From: a virus
Taxonomy: Duplodnaviria; Caudoviricetes
Direction: 5' to 3' (one strand)
DNA: 45,249 bases
Virus record (IMG/VR): IMGVR_UViG_3300022936_000003
Span: 1-45,249 of that record
Shown here: piece by piece, positions 34,295 through 43,101 of the stretch
How the letters are laid out: every line of letters begins with the position of its first letter
Position numbering within the stretch: the first letter of the stretch is position 1
Notes under the pieces: generated by a model
Told to the model about the DNA's origin: nothing
Seen by the model: only the letters and a program-made list of their open reading frames with translations
Database searches by the model: none
Program-made: the position numbers and the translations under genes

Positions 34295-35173
34295 CTAGAG
34301 CAGGTGCGTCCTGCGGTCATTCTTCACGATATTGTCCAACGCCCACAAGGGTCGAAGGTTTGAAAGCGCCCAAGCGGCCCGGCATTCGGGGTCGTCGCGG
34401 CTTTCGAACGAGAACGACGACAGCGGTTGGATATGATCGATATGCCATTCGCCCCGGTTTTCCCACGTCATGCCCGGCAAAAACTGGCGCTCCAGATGGC
34501 GCATCAGGTCCGCCAAGGTGTAGCCGACGATTTTCTCCCACCGATAGCCTGCCTTGCCCAGAACAAGAGACTGCCGAACGCCCGCCGACATGCGCTCATT
34601 GATTTGAAACTCGGGATTTACCTTGCGGCGCTCACGGGACTCGGCCTGATAAGCCCTGATGCGATCCGGGTGACGGGCGGCATACCGGGCCGCGCCTTTG
34701 CGCTGCGCCTCCCGAAGGTGCGGAAGGGCGTTTTTCTTCTGAAGGATTCGGCAGGCGGGACAGTAGCAGGAGCGTGCCCCCGTCTTTGCGAACGGTTCGG
34801 CGCAGTGCTTGCACGGGATGATGGTCCCGACGAAAACCGCCCCGCTCGCCAGCCGTTTCGCCAGCGACGCGGCGTTCGCCTTTTCAAGGGCGATAACGCT
34901 ACGGCAGGGGACGCAGTATTTCGTCTTGAGACTGCCCCGGATGAATACCGCGCCGCATCGGCCACAGGCGATTTCAGTCCCTTTGACCTGGGCCACGCCC
35001 CGCGCCCTGCGTCGCTTCTCTGCCACAACCCGGTCACGCGCGCGCCGCTCTATCAGGAAACAGCCGGGGCATTTCTTGAACTTGCCGTCGCTGAAGCGAG
35101 CCGTTCTGTGAAAGCCGCATTGCGGGCAGGCCGCTTCGTCGGTATCGGTCGTGCAGGTCATCGGGCGGTCCAT
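34295..35173 (-). CDS. zinc-finger-rich HNH endonuclease (probable homing endonuclease)
   Basis: multiple CxxC pairs; C-terminal HLERQFLPGMTWENRGEWHIDHIQP...NLRPLWALDN. Confidence 0.82.
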   Translation of the reverse strand: MDRPMTCTTDTDEAACPQCGFHRTARFSDGKFKKCPGCFLIERRARDRVVAEKRRRARGVAQVKGTEIACGRCGAVFIRGSLKTKYCVPCRSVIALEKANAASLAKRLASGAVFVGTIIPCKHCAEPFAKTGARSCYCPACRILQKKNALPHLREAQRKGAARYAARHPDRIRAYQAESRERRKVNPEFQINERMSAGVRQSLVLGKAGYRWEKIVGYTLADLMRHLERQFLPGMTWENRGEWHIDHIQPLSSFSFESRDDPECRAAWALSNLRPLWALDNIVKNDRRTHLL

Positions 35174-35183
35174 TCGCTCGTTG

Positions 35184-35225
35184 AAATAGAAAGGCCCGCC
35201 GGACGCCAAATCCAGCGGGCCTTTC
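35184..35225 (-). terminator. intrinsic terminator after the major capsid gene
   Basis: GAAAGGCCCGC...GCGGGCCTTTC stem followed by TATTT on the minus strand. Confidence 0.75.
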
Positions 35226-35243
35226 GTCGTTTCTAGCCCAGAT

Positions 35244-36446
35244 TTACGTCTGGGGGAACTCGCCGTCGATGATCGCCTCGGGACGGTGAACGGCCATTGC
35301 GAGGCGTTCTTCACCCCGGATGACCAGCCTGTTGTGCAAAAAGTCGTCTTCCGACTCAGTGGCGATCTCGACCGCGATGCCTTCACGGTCGAAAATCTGG
35401 GCGGCGAGGTTGAAGGCGCCGAGCGTGAACTCGCCTTCGGTCTGGGCGGCGGTCTCGATGACCGGGCGCCCCCAGAGGGTCGGGCCGCGAAGGTTGCCGG
35501 GGTTCGCCCAGATGTAGCGATCCTCGTTATCCTTCTGCAGTTCGATCTTCTCCCAGTCGGTCGGGTGAAGAATGATGCCGCTCGTCGGGTAGTAGGCGAG
35601 CGAGACCTGGGTCATGGCGCGGCGGATGGTGTCGATGCGGGTGTCGCCGGCCTCGTTACGGGTGGTGTCGTAAGGGGTCGCGGCAGGCTTCAGGCCTTCG
35701 ATGGACTGGCCAGCGCCCGAACCGTTCAGCAGCGCGTCGTTCTCCACGAACTTGACGCCCCAGCGGAGGCGGAAGTCAATGTAGGAACGCAGCAGGGGAA
35801 CGTCCGCCAGAATCTGGTTCGTCGCCTTCACGAAGTGCGCGATGGTGCGAACCGGGGCCTCGGCGTATTCGAACTCGATGTCCGACTGCGGCTTTCGGGT
35901 GTTTTCGGTCACGAACCGGGCGGCGTTGGTGAAGCCCGTTTCGCGATAGTAGCCGACGACCTGTTTGTCCGTGCTTCCCGGCATCAGGAGGTCACGGATC
36001 AGCAGCGGCATGTCCGGTTGCTGGATCAGGCCTGGGCGATAGTCAGGCGACAGGAGGCGGCCACCATTACCTTCGCCGGTCGTGCCCGAGCCGATGACGG
36101 CGCCGAACGTGCCTGCGTCATGCCAAGAGCCCTTGGACTCAAAGCGGCCCTTCTGCGCCGAACCGTCGATGACGGCGGCGAACGACGGAGAGGCGATGGC
36201 GGCGGCGGCGAAGGCGATGCCGGCGATGCCCTTGGCCATGCCGCCCATCGAGCCGAGTTGGTCGGCGACCTTCTGCGACATTTCGACAAGCGAGGCATGG
36301 AGCTTCAGGCCAAGCGCCGACTGCTCTTGCAGGCCAGCCTTGATGTTGACCAGTTCCTCGGCGGTGGCGGCGGTAGAAGCGTCGAGCAGGGCTTGAATAG
36401 CCGCGTCGCGCTTTTCCAGTTCGGCGTTGATTTCGTTGATGTCCAC
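35244..36446 (-). CDS. major capsid protein, HK97 fold
   Basis: AARFVTENTRKPQSD, VRTIAHF, LLNGSG, LHPTDW, TLWGRPV, IRGEERLA. Confidence 0.95.
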   Translation of the reverse strand: MDINEINAELEKRDAAIQALLDASTAATAEELVNIKAGLQEQSALGLKLHASLVEMSQKVADQLGSMGGMAKGIAGIAFAAAAIASPSFAAVIDGSAQKGRFESKGSWHDAGTFGAVIGSGTTGEGNGGRLLSPDYRPGLIQQPDMPLLIRDLLMPGSTDKQVVGYYRETGFTNAARFVTENTRKPQSDIEFEYAEAPVRTIAHFVKATNQILADVPLLRSYIDFRLRWGVKFVENDALLNGSGAGQSIEGLKPAATPYDTTRNEAGDTRIDTIRRAMTQVSLAYYPTSGIILHPTDWEKIELQKDNEDRYIWANPGNLRGPTLWGRPVIETAAQTEGEFTLGAFNLAAQIFDREGIAVEIATESEDDFLHNRLVIRGEERLAMAVHRPEAIIDGEFPQT

Positions 36447-36479
36447 GGTAGGGGCCTTTCACTGGCCCGCCGCGATGGG

Positions 36480-37541
36480 TCAGGCCGTTTGAATGAACCG
36501 GCTGCGGAGGGCGACCGGCTGGGTTGGGGTTTTCGCCTCTGGCTCCCGGCTCCCGGTAGCGATCCCGTCTAGGCCTCGCGCGGCGAACGCATCGGCCTGG
36601 GCTTTCGTCATCCCCAGGCTCCCCAGGGCATCGACCAGCACACCGATAGGCGGAATCTCGCCGTTTGCCAAGGTGGCGCGCGTCTGGGCGGCGGCGGCCT
36701 TCTTCTTGGACGGGACACCGAGACGGGAGAGGGTGTCCTGCAACGTGCCGACGCGGTCAGCCATGCCGCGCGAGACCAGTTCAGCGGCGCCGAAGACTTT
36801 GCCGTCCCCGAACTGCTCCACGACGGTTTTACGGGCCACGCCACGGTTCTCGGCCACGCCGCCCCGGAAGGCAGCGGCCGATTCCTTGACCAGCGACTCG
36901 ATCTGCGCGCGACCTTCGTCGGTCAGTGGGCCAAACGGGTTGGCGGCGATCTTGTGTTCGCCTTCCTTGATGATCGTGGGCTTCACGCCCTGCTGTTCCA
37001 GCATGGCCGAAATGTCCTCGTGGATCGAATATACCCCGATGGATCCGGCCCGGCCGCCCGGCGTGACCACGATCTCGTCAGCGGCGGACCCGACCCAGTA
37101 GGCGGCCGAGGCCATGAACGAGTTGACCTGCGACACGATAGGCTTAACGCCGCGCGCCTCACGCACCTGGGCCGCGAACTCCTCGACGCCATAGGTGGAG
37201 CCGCCGGGGCTATCCCAGTCCAGCACGATAGCCGACACGTCGTCATCGTTGACCAGAGCTTGGAACGCCGCCGAAACCTTCTCGACCGACACCCCGCCCG
37301 CGCAGGCTTCTTCCATCGCGGACATGCGCTGCGCCATCACGCCGTAGATCGGCAGGACGGCCACGGCGCCGCCCGAACGCCGGGCTTCCTCCGTCCGCTT
37401 CTGGGTCAGCTTGGCGTCGGTCGGGACGATGAACTCGTCAGACGAACGGGCCATGACCATAGCCATAGCGGCCCGCATGAACTGGGGCTCCAGAGCCCAC
37501 GGGGTCGTCGCCATGTGGGCGAGGATGTGGCTATAGCGCAT
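36480..37541 (-). CDS. S49 (SppA/ClpP-like) prohead protease
   Basis: LDWDSPGG, MASAAYWVGS, GSIGVY. Confidence 0.92.
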   Translation of the reverse strand: MRYSHILAHMATTPWALEPQFMRAAMAMVMARSSDEFIVPTDAKLTQKRTEEARRSGGAVAVLPIYGVMAQRMSAMEEACAGGVSVEKVSAAFQALVNDDDVSAIVLDWDSPGGSTYGVEEFAAQVREARGVKPIVSQVNSFMASAAYWVGSAADEIVVTPGGRAGSIGVYSIHEDISAMLEQQGVKPTIIKEGEHKIAANPFGPLTDEGRAQIESLVKESAAAFRGGVAENRGVARKTVVEQFGDGKVFGAAELVSRGMADRVGTLQDTLSRLGVPSKKKAAAAQTRATLANGEIPPIGVLVDALGSLGMTKAQADAFAARGLDGIATGSREPEAKTPTQPVALRSRFIQTA

Positions 37542-37544
37542 CGG

Positions 37545-38828
37545 TCAGACTCCGGGGGTCGGGACGACAGGTTCCGGCGGGGTGCCGTTGTTCTGCATTG
37601 TGCGGGCCTCGGCCTCTTGCTGCAACATCGACAGCGGCGTGAGGTTCTGTTGGACGGTGTAGATGTTGCCGCCCTCGCCTTCCATCACGTCGTAATCTTC
37701 GATTTCGCGGACGGTGTCGCGGTTCAGATAGCCATTTTGCAGGGCGGACGAGTAGTGTTCGGTGCGGGCCGCCAGATCGCCGCGCAGAAGGCCTTCGCTG
37801 GAGAGCTTGACGTAGTAGCCCGCCAGCCGGTCCTCACGGGTCAGGAGGCGCAGATTGCACGTCTCCTCAAACCTCGTGATGTAGGTCAGCAGGCAGAAAT
37901 CGCGGAAATCGGCGCGCATACCCTGCTGACCACCGGGCCAGCTTGTCATCTTGTCGAACAGTCCAACCATCGGCGGCGGGACTTGGAACCACCGGCACAC
38001 CTCTTCGCCGTTCATGCCGCGCGTCGCCAACATTTCGAAGTCAGCGGGGTTGATGCCCATGGACTGCCACTTGAATCCGGCCTCCAGCAGCAGTTGCGAC
38101 CCTGCGTTGGTGGATCCGGTGTGGGCGTCGATGATCGCTTGGAACTGGGCGCGCTTCTCGGGGTCCAGCCGCACCGCCGGGTTGTCAGTGTAGAAAAAGC
38201 CCGGCTGTTTCAGGCCTCGGGCATACTGGCGCCCGACCGTCTCTTCAACGGCCATCGCGTTGCCGAAGGTCTGCCGGCCGTAGGCGATGGTGGATAGGCC
38301 GATGTCAGGGTCTCGATTGTCCGTGAACCCTTTCAGGACGAACACGTCATCCGGCGCGACCTCATCCTGCGTCCCGTCCCGATTGGTCATCAGGTAGTAG
38401 AGCGCGCCGTTCACCCGGCGCATGGGTTGACAGCGGTCGTAATCCCAAGGCTGAAGGGCCACGACATCGCCCTGCACCCGGATTTTCTTCGCATAGGCCA
38501 TGCCGCGCAGAACCAGCGAAGCGAACATGCCTTCCTTGAACTCTACCGGCGTCTGATTTGCGTTCGGGCGCCCGCGCAGCAGTTCAGAAACGGGATGCTC
38601 TTTCGCCAGCCGCCGCTTATTGTTCGCGCCGCGCTGCATGACGTGGAGAGGCAGGGTCGCCAACGTCCCGCTGATCAGGCGCGAACACGCCCAGGCCGTC
38701 GAGAGGTTCAGAACCGTATCGACCGTGACCGTCTTCTCGGCATAGTTCGCGCCGCTGAAGAAGGCCCCGAAAGGAATCGGACCCGAGAGGCGGAAGACTT
38801 GGCCGACGCGACCCCAGAAACTGCTCAT
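37545..38828 (-). CDS. portal protein, HK97 family
   Basis: RPNANQTPVEFKE, GLSTI, LLLEAGFKWQ, EVCRWFQVPPPMVG, LLRGD. Confidence 0.95.
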   Translation of the reverse strand: MSSFWGRVGQVFRLSGPIPFGAFFSGANYAEKTVTVDTVLNLSTAWACSRLISGTLATLPLHVMQRGANNKRRLAKEHPVSELLRGRPNANQTPVEFKEGMFASLVLRGMAYAKKIRVQGDVVALQPWDYDRCQPMRRVNGALYYLMTNRDGTQDEVAPDDVFVLKGFTDNRDPDIGLSTIAYGRQTFGNAMAVEETVGRQYARGLKQPGFFYTDNPAVRLDPEKRAQFQAIIDAHTGSTNAGSQLLLEAGFKWQSMGINPADFEMLATRGMNGEEVCRWFQVPPPMVGLFDKMTSWPGGQQGMRADFRDFCLLTYITRFEETCNLRLLTREDRLAGYYVKLSSEGLLRGDLAARTEHYSSALQNGYLNRDTVREIEDYDVMEGEGGNIYTVQQNLTPLSMLQQEAEARTMQNNGTPPEPVVPTPGV

Positions 38829-40723
38829 CTCGACATCACCGGGTTATTGAGGAAGTCATCGAGGCCCGTGCCTCCGTCGCCGAACCTTGCCACAGCCGCG
38901 CCGACGCTCATAGCACAAGCCACGGCGCCGTCGATCCGGCCGGTCGCCTTGCGCTTGTTGAAGATGATGTCGCCGGTCCCGCTGGGGTTCGGCTGCGGGA
39001 AGACGCCGGCCACGTTCCAGCGCAGGACGGGGTTGGGCGGGGTCCAGAACCGGCCCTCGATGATCGCGTGTTCCCAAGCCTCAATCGACCCCGGCATCCA
39101 GAGCGGGTTTTCGAGGATTTGGCCGCGCTCGTCATACCAGCCGTGTTGCGCCGCCAGCCGCTCGTCCAACTTGCTGAACCTGCGGAAGCCCTGCGGGTGT
39201 TCCAGCATCGGCGGCGCGTAACCTTCCTCGGCCAGTTTGTCCTCAAGGTCTTTGTGGCGGTAGCGGTCATATGCGACGAACTGAAGGTCGAAGGCCTGCT
39301 GATCCTCGTGCAGTTGCCGGCCGATGGCGGCCATGGGGACCACCTTGCCCGGCGTGGCAATCAAGAGGCCGTCTTTGACCCAGACATCGTAAGGGACCTG
39401 ATCTCGCTTCGCCCGGCTCGCAAGCGTGTCCTCGGGGGTCCAGAACTTGAGGAAAGCGTAGAGGTGTTCAACGCCCGCCACTGTTTCCTTGAAGGTGATG
39501 GCCCGCGCCGTGAGGTCCTGAGACCATGAAAGGTCCAGCCCGCCCCAGGCTTTGCACCCGACGAAATCTTCCTCGCGCAGCACGGTAACCGCCCGGCGCC
39601 GCCCCAGGCCGTCGCTGACGGTCGGGTTTGCTTCCGTGACCTCGCAAGCCTCCCACGCCTTGCGGGTGATCCAAGCCCGGTCAGCGTCGGTCCATACGCA
39701 GAAGTTCAGGCGCAGGGCGTTATTCTGGCTGCTGGGCAGCAGCTTGGCGTCCCCGACTTCCTTTCGGATGTAATCGAGGTCGATGATGTTCCCCAGTTCG
39801 GGGTTGGCCTTGATCCAGCAGGACTCGTCTTCGAACGGGTCGTCGCCGTCATCCAGAGCGCAGATGTAGAAAAACGCCGCGTCGTCCTGCTTATCGCCGC
39901 TGACGACCTCGATCCCGAGTTGGTGATATTCCCATGCGACGGACGTGCGGTCGCTCCCGCTGTTCGTAATCATGAAAAGCAGCGGCTGTTTGCGCGCCTT
40001 GAAGCCCGCCTTAAGCATTCGGATCGTGTAGGCGTCTTTGACCTCGTGGACCTCATCGACCAGGGCGAAGTGCGGACGCGGCCCCGACTGTCCCCCCTTG
40101 GACCCGCCGCCGTCTGCAATGGGCTTGAAGAAGCTGGCGGTTTTCAGGAATGTCAGTTGCCAGACCGGATTGCCCCCCGATGGGGTCAGGGCGCCGCGCA
40201 GGGCGTCGTTCCCGTCCCGCATCCGCACCGCATCCTGAAACAGAATCATCGCCTGATCCTTCCGGGTCGCGGCGGCGTAGATTTGGGCCTGTTCCTCTTG
40301 GTCGGCTATCAGGCCGTACAGCCCCACGGCGGCGGCGAGGGGCGACTTGCCGTTGCCCTTGCCCATTTCGATGAAGGCCTGACGGAACCGGCGCCAGCCG
40401 TCCGACCGCTTCCACCCGAAGATTGACCCGGTGATGAACCGCTGGGCCGGCGACAGGTTGAGCGGGGCGGCCGAACCCTCAACCAGCACCGTGCAGAGGG
40501 TCGAACAGAACGCGAAGAAGTCGGCGGCGGCGTCCACGTCGAACCAAAGGCCGCGCGCCTCGCCTTCCTCAAGGTCGTCTAGGTGACGCTGGGCCGCCGC
40601 CCTCACCCAAGGCCCCGCCACGATGTCGCCCGCCACCACGTCCAGCGCATAGGCCGTCACGTCGTCGCCAGCTATGCGGGCCTTGTGACCGGCTGTCTGT
40701 TTCTGTTTCAGCGCGCGGCCCAT
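38825..40723 (-). CDS. terL: terminase large subunit
   Basis: EMGKGNGKS Walker A, LVDEVHE Walker B, GGLDLS, RIDGAVA. Confidence 0.96.
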   Translation of the reverse strand: MGRALKQKQTAGHKARIAGDDVTAYALDVVAGDIVAGPWVRAAAQRHLDDLEEGEARGLWFDVDAAADFFAFCSTLCTVLVEGSAAPLNLSPAQRFITGSIFGWKRSDGWRRFRQAFIEMGKGNGKSPLAAAVGLYGLIADQEEQAQIYAAATRKDQAMILFQDAVRMRDGNDALRGALTPSGGNPVWQLTFLKTASFFKPIADGGGSKGGQSGPRPHFALVDEVHEVKDAYTIRMLKAGFKARKQPLLFMITNSGSDRTSVAWEYHQLGIEVVSGDKQDDAAFFYICALDDGDDPFEDESCWIKANPELGNIIDLDYIRKEVGDAKLLPSSQNNALRLNFCVWTDADRAWITRKAWEACEVTEANPTVSDGLGRRRAVTVLREEDFVGCKAWGGLDLSWSQDLTARAITFKETVAGVEHLYAFLKFWTPEDTLASRAKRDQVPYDVWVKDGLLIATPGKVVPMAAIGRQLHEDQQAFDLQFVAYDRYRHKDLEDKLAEEGYAPPMLEHPQGFRRFSKLDERLAAQHGWYDERGQILENPLWMPGSIEAWEHAIIEGRFWTPPNPVLRWNVAGVFPQPNPSGTGDIIFNKRKATGRIDGAVACAMSVGAAVARFGDGGTGLDDFLNNPVMSR

Positions 40724-40743
40724 TTAGCGTCCATTACCGCCTA

Positions 40744-41358
40744 TTAGGGCTTGCTGGCGACCAGACGCGGGCCACGGTTCAGGAAGTCCACCGGGCGCGG
40801 TCCTGTCGGCTCCGCATCCTTGGGCGCCGCGAAGTTGGCCCCGCCGCGCGGAACGTCGATGCGCGACCGGCTGGACGGGGTAAGGCCGAACTCCACCGCG
40901 ATCTTCATCATCTCGCGCGTGCTTACGTTCGACATCCCGATGATGGGGTTCTGGACCCAGTTTCCGTTCGTGGTGCGGATCATGCTGGCCTGGGCCGCCG
41001 TCTCGGGCTCGGGCCGCTCGCCCTTGCCTCCGAAGCTGTCGAACGTCGCCTGAAGCCGCAGGACCCGCGCCTCGTCAATCCGTTGCTGGTCCAGAATGCC
41101 CCGATAGCGCATCGCGTTGGCGAAGTGGTCGCAGTAGGCGGCGAAGGCCTGAACGTCCTCCCGGCCCAGCAGCCCGTTCAGCCACAGTTGCCGCGCCAGA
41201 CGACGCCACTCGCCCGCCGCGACATCGCACAGCCACGCGGGCGGCCCCGGCTCCTCCGTCCCTAGATCGGGCTGGGGCTCATTGGCCGGGAGCGGCTTCT
41301 TAGAACGGTTGCCCTCCAGCTTTTTGATCGCCGTGGGTTTTACGGGGTTACGGGCCAT
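40744..41358 (-). CDS. terS: terminase small subunit (P27 family)
   Basis: MARNPVKPTAIKKLEGN, PPAWL...EWRRL, QNP...EFGLTPSSRSRI; true start ATG 41358. Confidence 0.92.
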   Translation of the reverse strand: MARNPVKPTAIKKLEGNRSKKPLPANEPQPDLGTEEPGPPAWLCDVAAGEWRRLARQLWLNGLLGREDVQAFAAYCDHFANAMRYRGILDQQRIDEARVLRLQATFDSFGGKGERPEPETAAQASMIRTTNGNWVQNPIIGMSNVSTREMMKIAVEFGLTPSSRSRIDVPRGGANFAAPKDAEPTGPRPVDFLNRGPRLVASKP

Positions 41359-41393
41359 GGTGTTTACATAGCGAAGGCCGGGCGGAACGGCAA

Positions 41394-41491
41394 ACGGGGA
41401 GGAAGCGCACCTTCCTCCCCGCCGTGTCTGGCGCATACCCCAGACCGGCGCCGTACTAGCGACAGGAGGTTTGCTCACTGCGTTCCGGCGT
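41394..41491 (-). other. three tandem hairpins between the tRNA-like element and terS
   Basis: CGCCG...CGGCG, GTCTGG...CCAGAC and CGGGGAGGAAG...CTTCCTCCCCG stems. Confidence 0.65.
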
Positions 41492-41495
41492 TTTG

Positions 41496-41601
41496 TCATG
41501 ACTGAAGGATTCGAACCTTCGGCTGCGCCCTTTTTCCACCGTGCGAGGTGATTGAACGTAGCTGTCGCACCAGAGGGTTTAAGCCGCTCACCCAAGCCTT
41601 G
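41496..41601 (-). ncRNA. tRNA-like RNA with class II D and T arms but aberrant enlarged anticodon region
   Basis: CAAGGCT/AGTCATG acceptor, U8-G9, D arm GGT-GAGCGGCTTAA-ACC, T arm GAAGG-TTCGAAT-CCTTC; 55 nt between D and T arms. Confidence 0.7.
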
Positions 41602-41608
41602 ACGCCTG

Positions 41609-41648
41609 CTGTTTACATCATCCTGAACCGGGCGCAATATGTTTACAT
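41609..41648. promoter_or_regulatory. operator boxes (CTGTTTACAT 41609-41618, ATGTTTACAT 41639-41648) at a divergent junction
   Basis: between the tRNA-like RNA (minus) and small plus-strand ORFs; a further box lies at 41360-41369 on the terS start. Confidence 0.75.
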
Positions 41649-41665
41649 CAAAGGAGGCTGACACA

Positions 41666-41821
41666 ATGAACGATCCATACGCACACTGGGCGGGCCAATC
41701 GCGCCACCCGTCACGCATAGGCCAAGGCATGGGCTGGGGCGGCAGAGGGAGGCTGTTCAGCGCCGGGGCAGTCCTGGGTTGGCTGCACGGGCTACTGACG
41801 GGCGGGAGGCGGATGCTGTGA
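41666..41821 (+). CDS. small hypothetical protein
   Basis: AAGGAGG SD, ATG 41666. Confidence 0.65.
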   Translation: MNDPYAHWAGQSRHPSRIGQGMGWGGRGRLFSAGAVLGWLHGLLTGGRRML

Positions 41822-42012
41822 CGCCCGACCACCGACTGGCCTCCAGGCGCGTGATCGTGGCCCGCAAGTATCTGGCGAAGGGGATCGCCCTGACCCACGT
41901 CGCGCGGGCTTGCGGCATCCCGGCGGCGGACCTTGATGTCTATCTCTGGCGCACCCTGGGCCTGACGAACGAACAAGTCGCGAAGGGCGGATGGCTCAAC
42001 ATCCCCGCTTGA
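41818..42012 (+). CDS. small helix-turn-helix protein
   Basis: LAKGIALTHVARACGIPAADL HTH pattern; GTGA coupling. Confidence 0.65.
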   Translation: MTPDHRLASRRVIVARKYLAKGIALTHVARACGIPAADLDVYLWRTLGLTNEQVAKGGWLNIPA

Positions 42013-42036
42013 CGATGTAAACATTGCGGGTATGTT
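42009..42036 (+). promoter_or_regulatory. sigma70-like promoter TTGACG-N16-TATGTT with operator ATGTAAACAT in the spacer
   Basis: -35 at 42009-42014, box at 42015-42024, -10 at 42031-42036. Confidence 0.7.
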
Positions 42037-42041
42037 GATCG

Positions 42042-42110
42042 GGCCTCGGCGAGAGGTCGGTTTCAGCCCCGTGAAAGCCCGCCCGAGTTTCCGCTTAGGG
42101 CGGGCTTTCT
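42042..42110 (+). ncRNA. putative trans-acting small RNA (hairpin, seed GGUUUCAGCCCC, terminator)
   Basis: 5' stem GGCCTC/GAGGTC, unpaired 42059-42072, terminator stem 42073-42109; seed complementary to many phage leaders. Confidence 0.65.
42073..42110. terminator. bidirectional intrinsic terminator
   Basis: GAAAGCCCGCCC...GGGCGGGCTTTC between convergent units. Confidence 0.8.
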
Positions 42111-42114
42111 ACGT

Positions 42115-43101
42115 CTAGGCGTTCACCTTAACGACATCGCACTCGATGATGTAGCTGGACCCGATAGCCAGCAGCGGCGCGTTCAGGCTCACGATGATCT
42201 GGCCCGCCGTGTTACAGGCGCAGTCCAGAACCGTGTAGCCAGCCGGGCGCCCAACGGTCCACGATGCCGCCCCGTTCAGTTTGTAGCGCCGCGCGAAGGC
42301 CTGATACCGCTCGCCCGCAACGGCGCCGGTCAGGGCGACCGTAACCTCGCGAATCCCGAGGGCGATGGCGACGATGGCCGTCTGTGTGACCTGAACCGTC
42401 CCGATGAGAGTGTTCGCGGGGGATCCGGCTGGCCCTTGCGCGCCCGCTGGCCCAGTTGCCCCGGCCGCGCCCGCACTTCCCGCCGGACCTGTCGGTCCTG
42501 CTGGCCCTGCTGCGCCCGTGTTGCCGATAGGGCCTTGAGGCCCGGTCGCGCCGGTTGGTCCGGTGTCTCCCGTGTTGCCCTTGGCTCCGGTAGCGCCCGC
42601 CGCCCCCGTGTCCCCCTTTGGTCCAGCAGGTCCGACCGGACCTTGTTCGCCCTGGGGACCAGCGGCGCCAGTTGCCCCGACCGGCCCCTGCCCCCCGGCT
42701 ACGCCTTGCGGGCCTTGGGAGCCCGTTTCGCCTTTTGCTCCAGTCGCTCCCGTGGCGCCCTGCGATCCGGTCGCGCCGCGCTCGCCAGCAGGACCGGCGG
42801 GACCAGCAGGCCCAACACCGCCTGTCGCCCCCGCCTCACCCTCTGATCCATCCGCTCCCGCTGGCCCTGTTGATCCGACAGGGCCAGCTTCGCCGGTCTC
42901 GCCTTGCGCTCCCGTAGCTCCGGTGTCGCCCTTCGCACCCTTAGCGCCAGCGGCCGGCGGGTTTTGCTCCAGCCACATATCGACGGCGGCCTGCACCTGC
43001 CCCGCTGGGACACCCGTCTCCTCCAGCAGCGCCAGACGTTCGTCAACGCGCTGAAGCCGCTTCTTAAGCGCCTCGCCGGACGGATTGATTCGCGGCGCCA
43101 T
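42115..43101 (-). CDS. collagen-like protein (virion fiber candidate)
   Basis: 59 uninterrupted Gly-X-Y triplets by my count, N-terminal coiled coil, C-terminal beta domain. Confidence 0.88.
   Translation of the reverse strand: MAPRINPSGEALKKRLQRVDERLALLEETGVPAGQVQAAVDMWLEQNPPAAGAKGAKGDTGATGAQGETGEAGPVGSTGPAGADGSEGEAGATGGVGPAGPAGPAGERGATGSQGATGATGAKGETGSQGPQGVAGGQGPVGATGAAGPQGEQGPVGPAGPKGDTGAAGATGAKGNTGDTGPTGATGPQGPIGNTGAAGPAGPTGPAGSAGAAGATGPAGAQGPAGSPANTLIGTVQVTQTAIVAIALGIREVTVALTGAVAGERYQAFARRYKLNGAASWTVGRPAGYTVLDCACNTAGQIIVSLNAPLLAIGSSYIIECDVVKVNA

Noticed and set aside
35286-38297. Long plus-strand ORFs 35286-36572 and 36954-38297
   Set aside because: Shadows of capsid, protease and portal genes
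41496-41601. Functional canonical tRNA-Ser
   Set aside because: No paired 5-bp anticodon stem with 7-nt loop, G at nominal position 33, acceptor mismatch; kept only as tRNA-like
41359-42024. N-terminal 222-aa extension of TerS in the ORF track
   Set aside because: The P27-family motif begins at Met 41358; the extension crosses structured RNA and plus-strand genes
42400-42950. Nucleotide tandem-repeat array
   Set aside because: The 9-bp periodicity is fully explained by collagen Gly-X-Y coding
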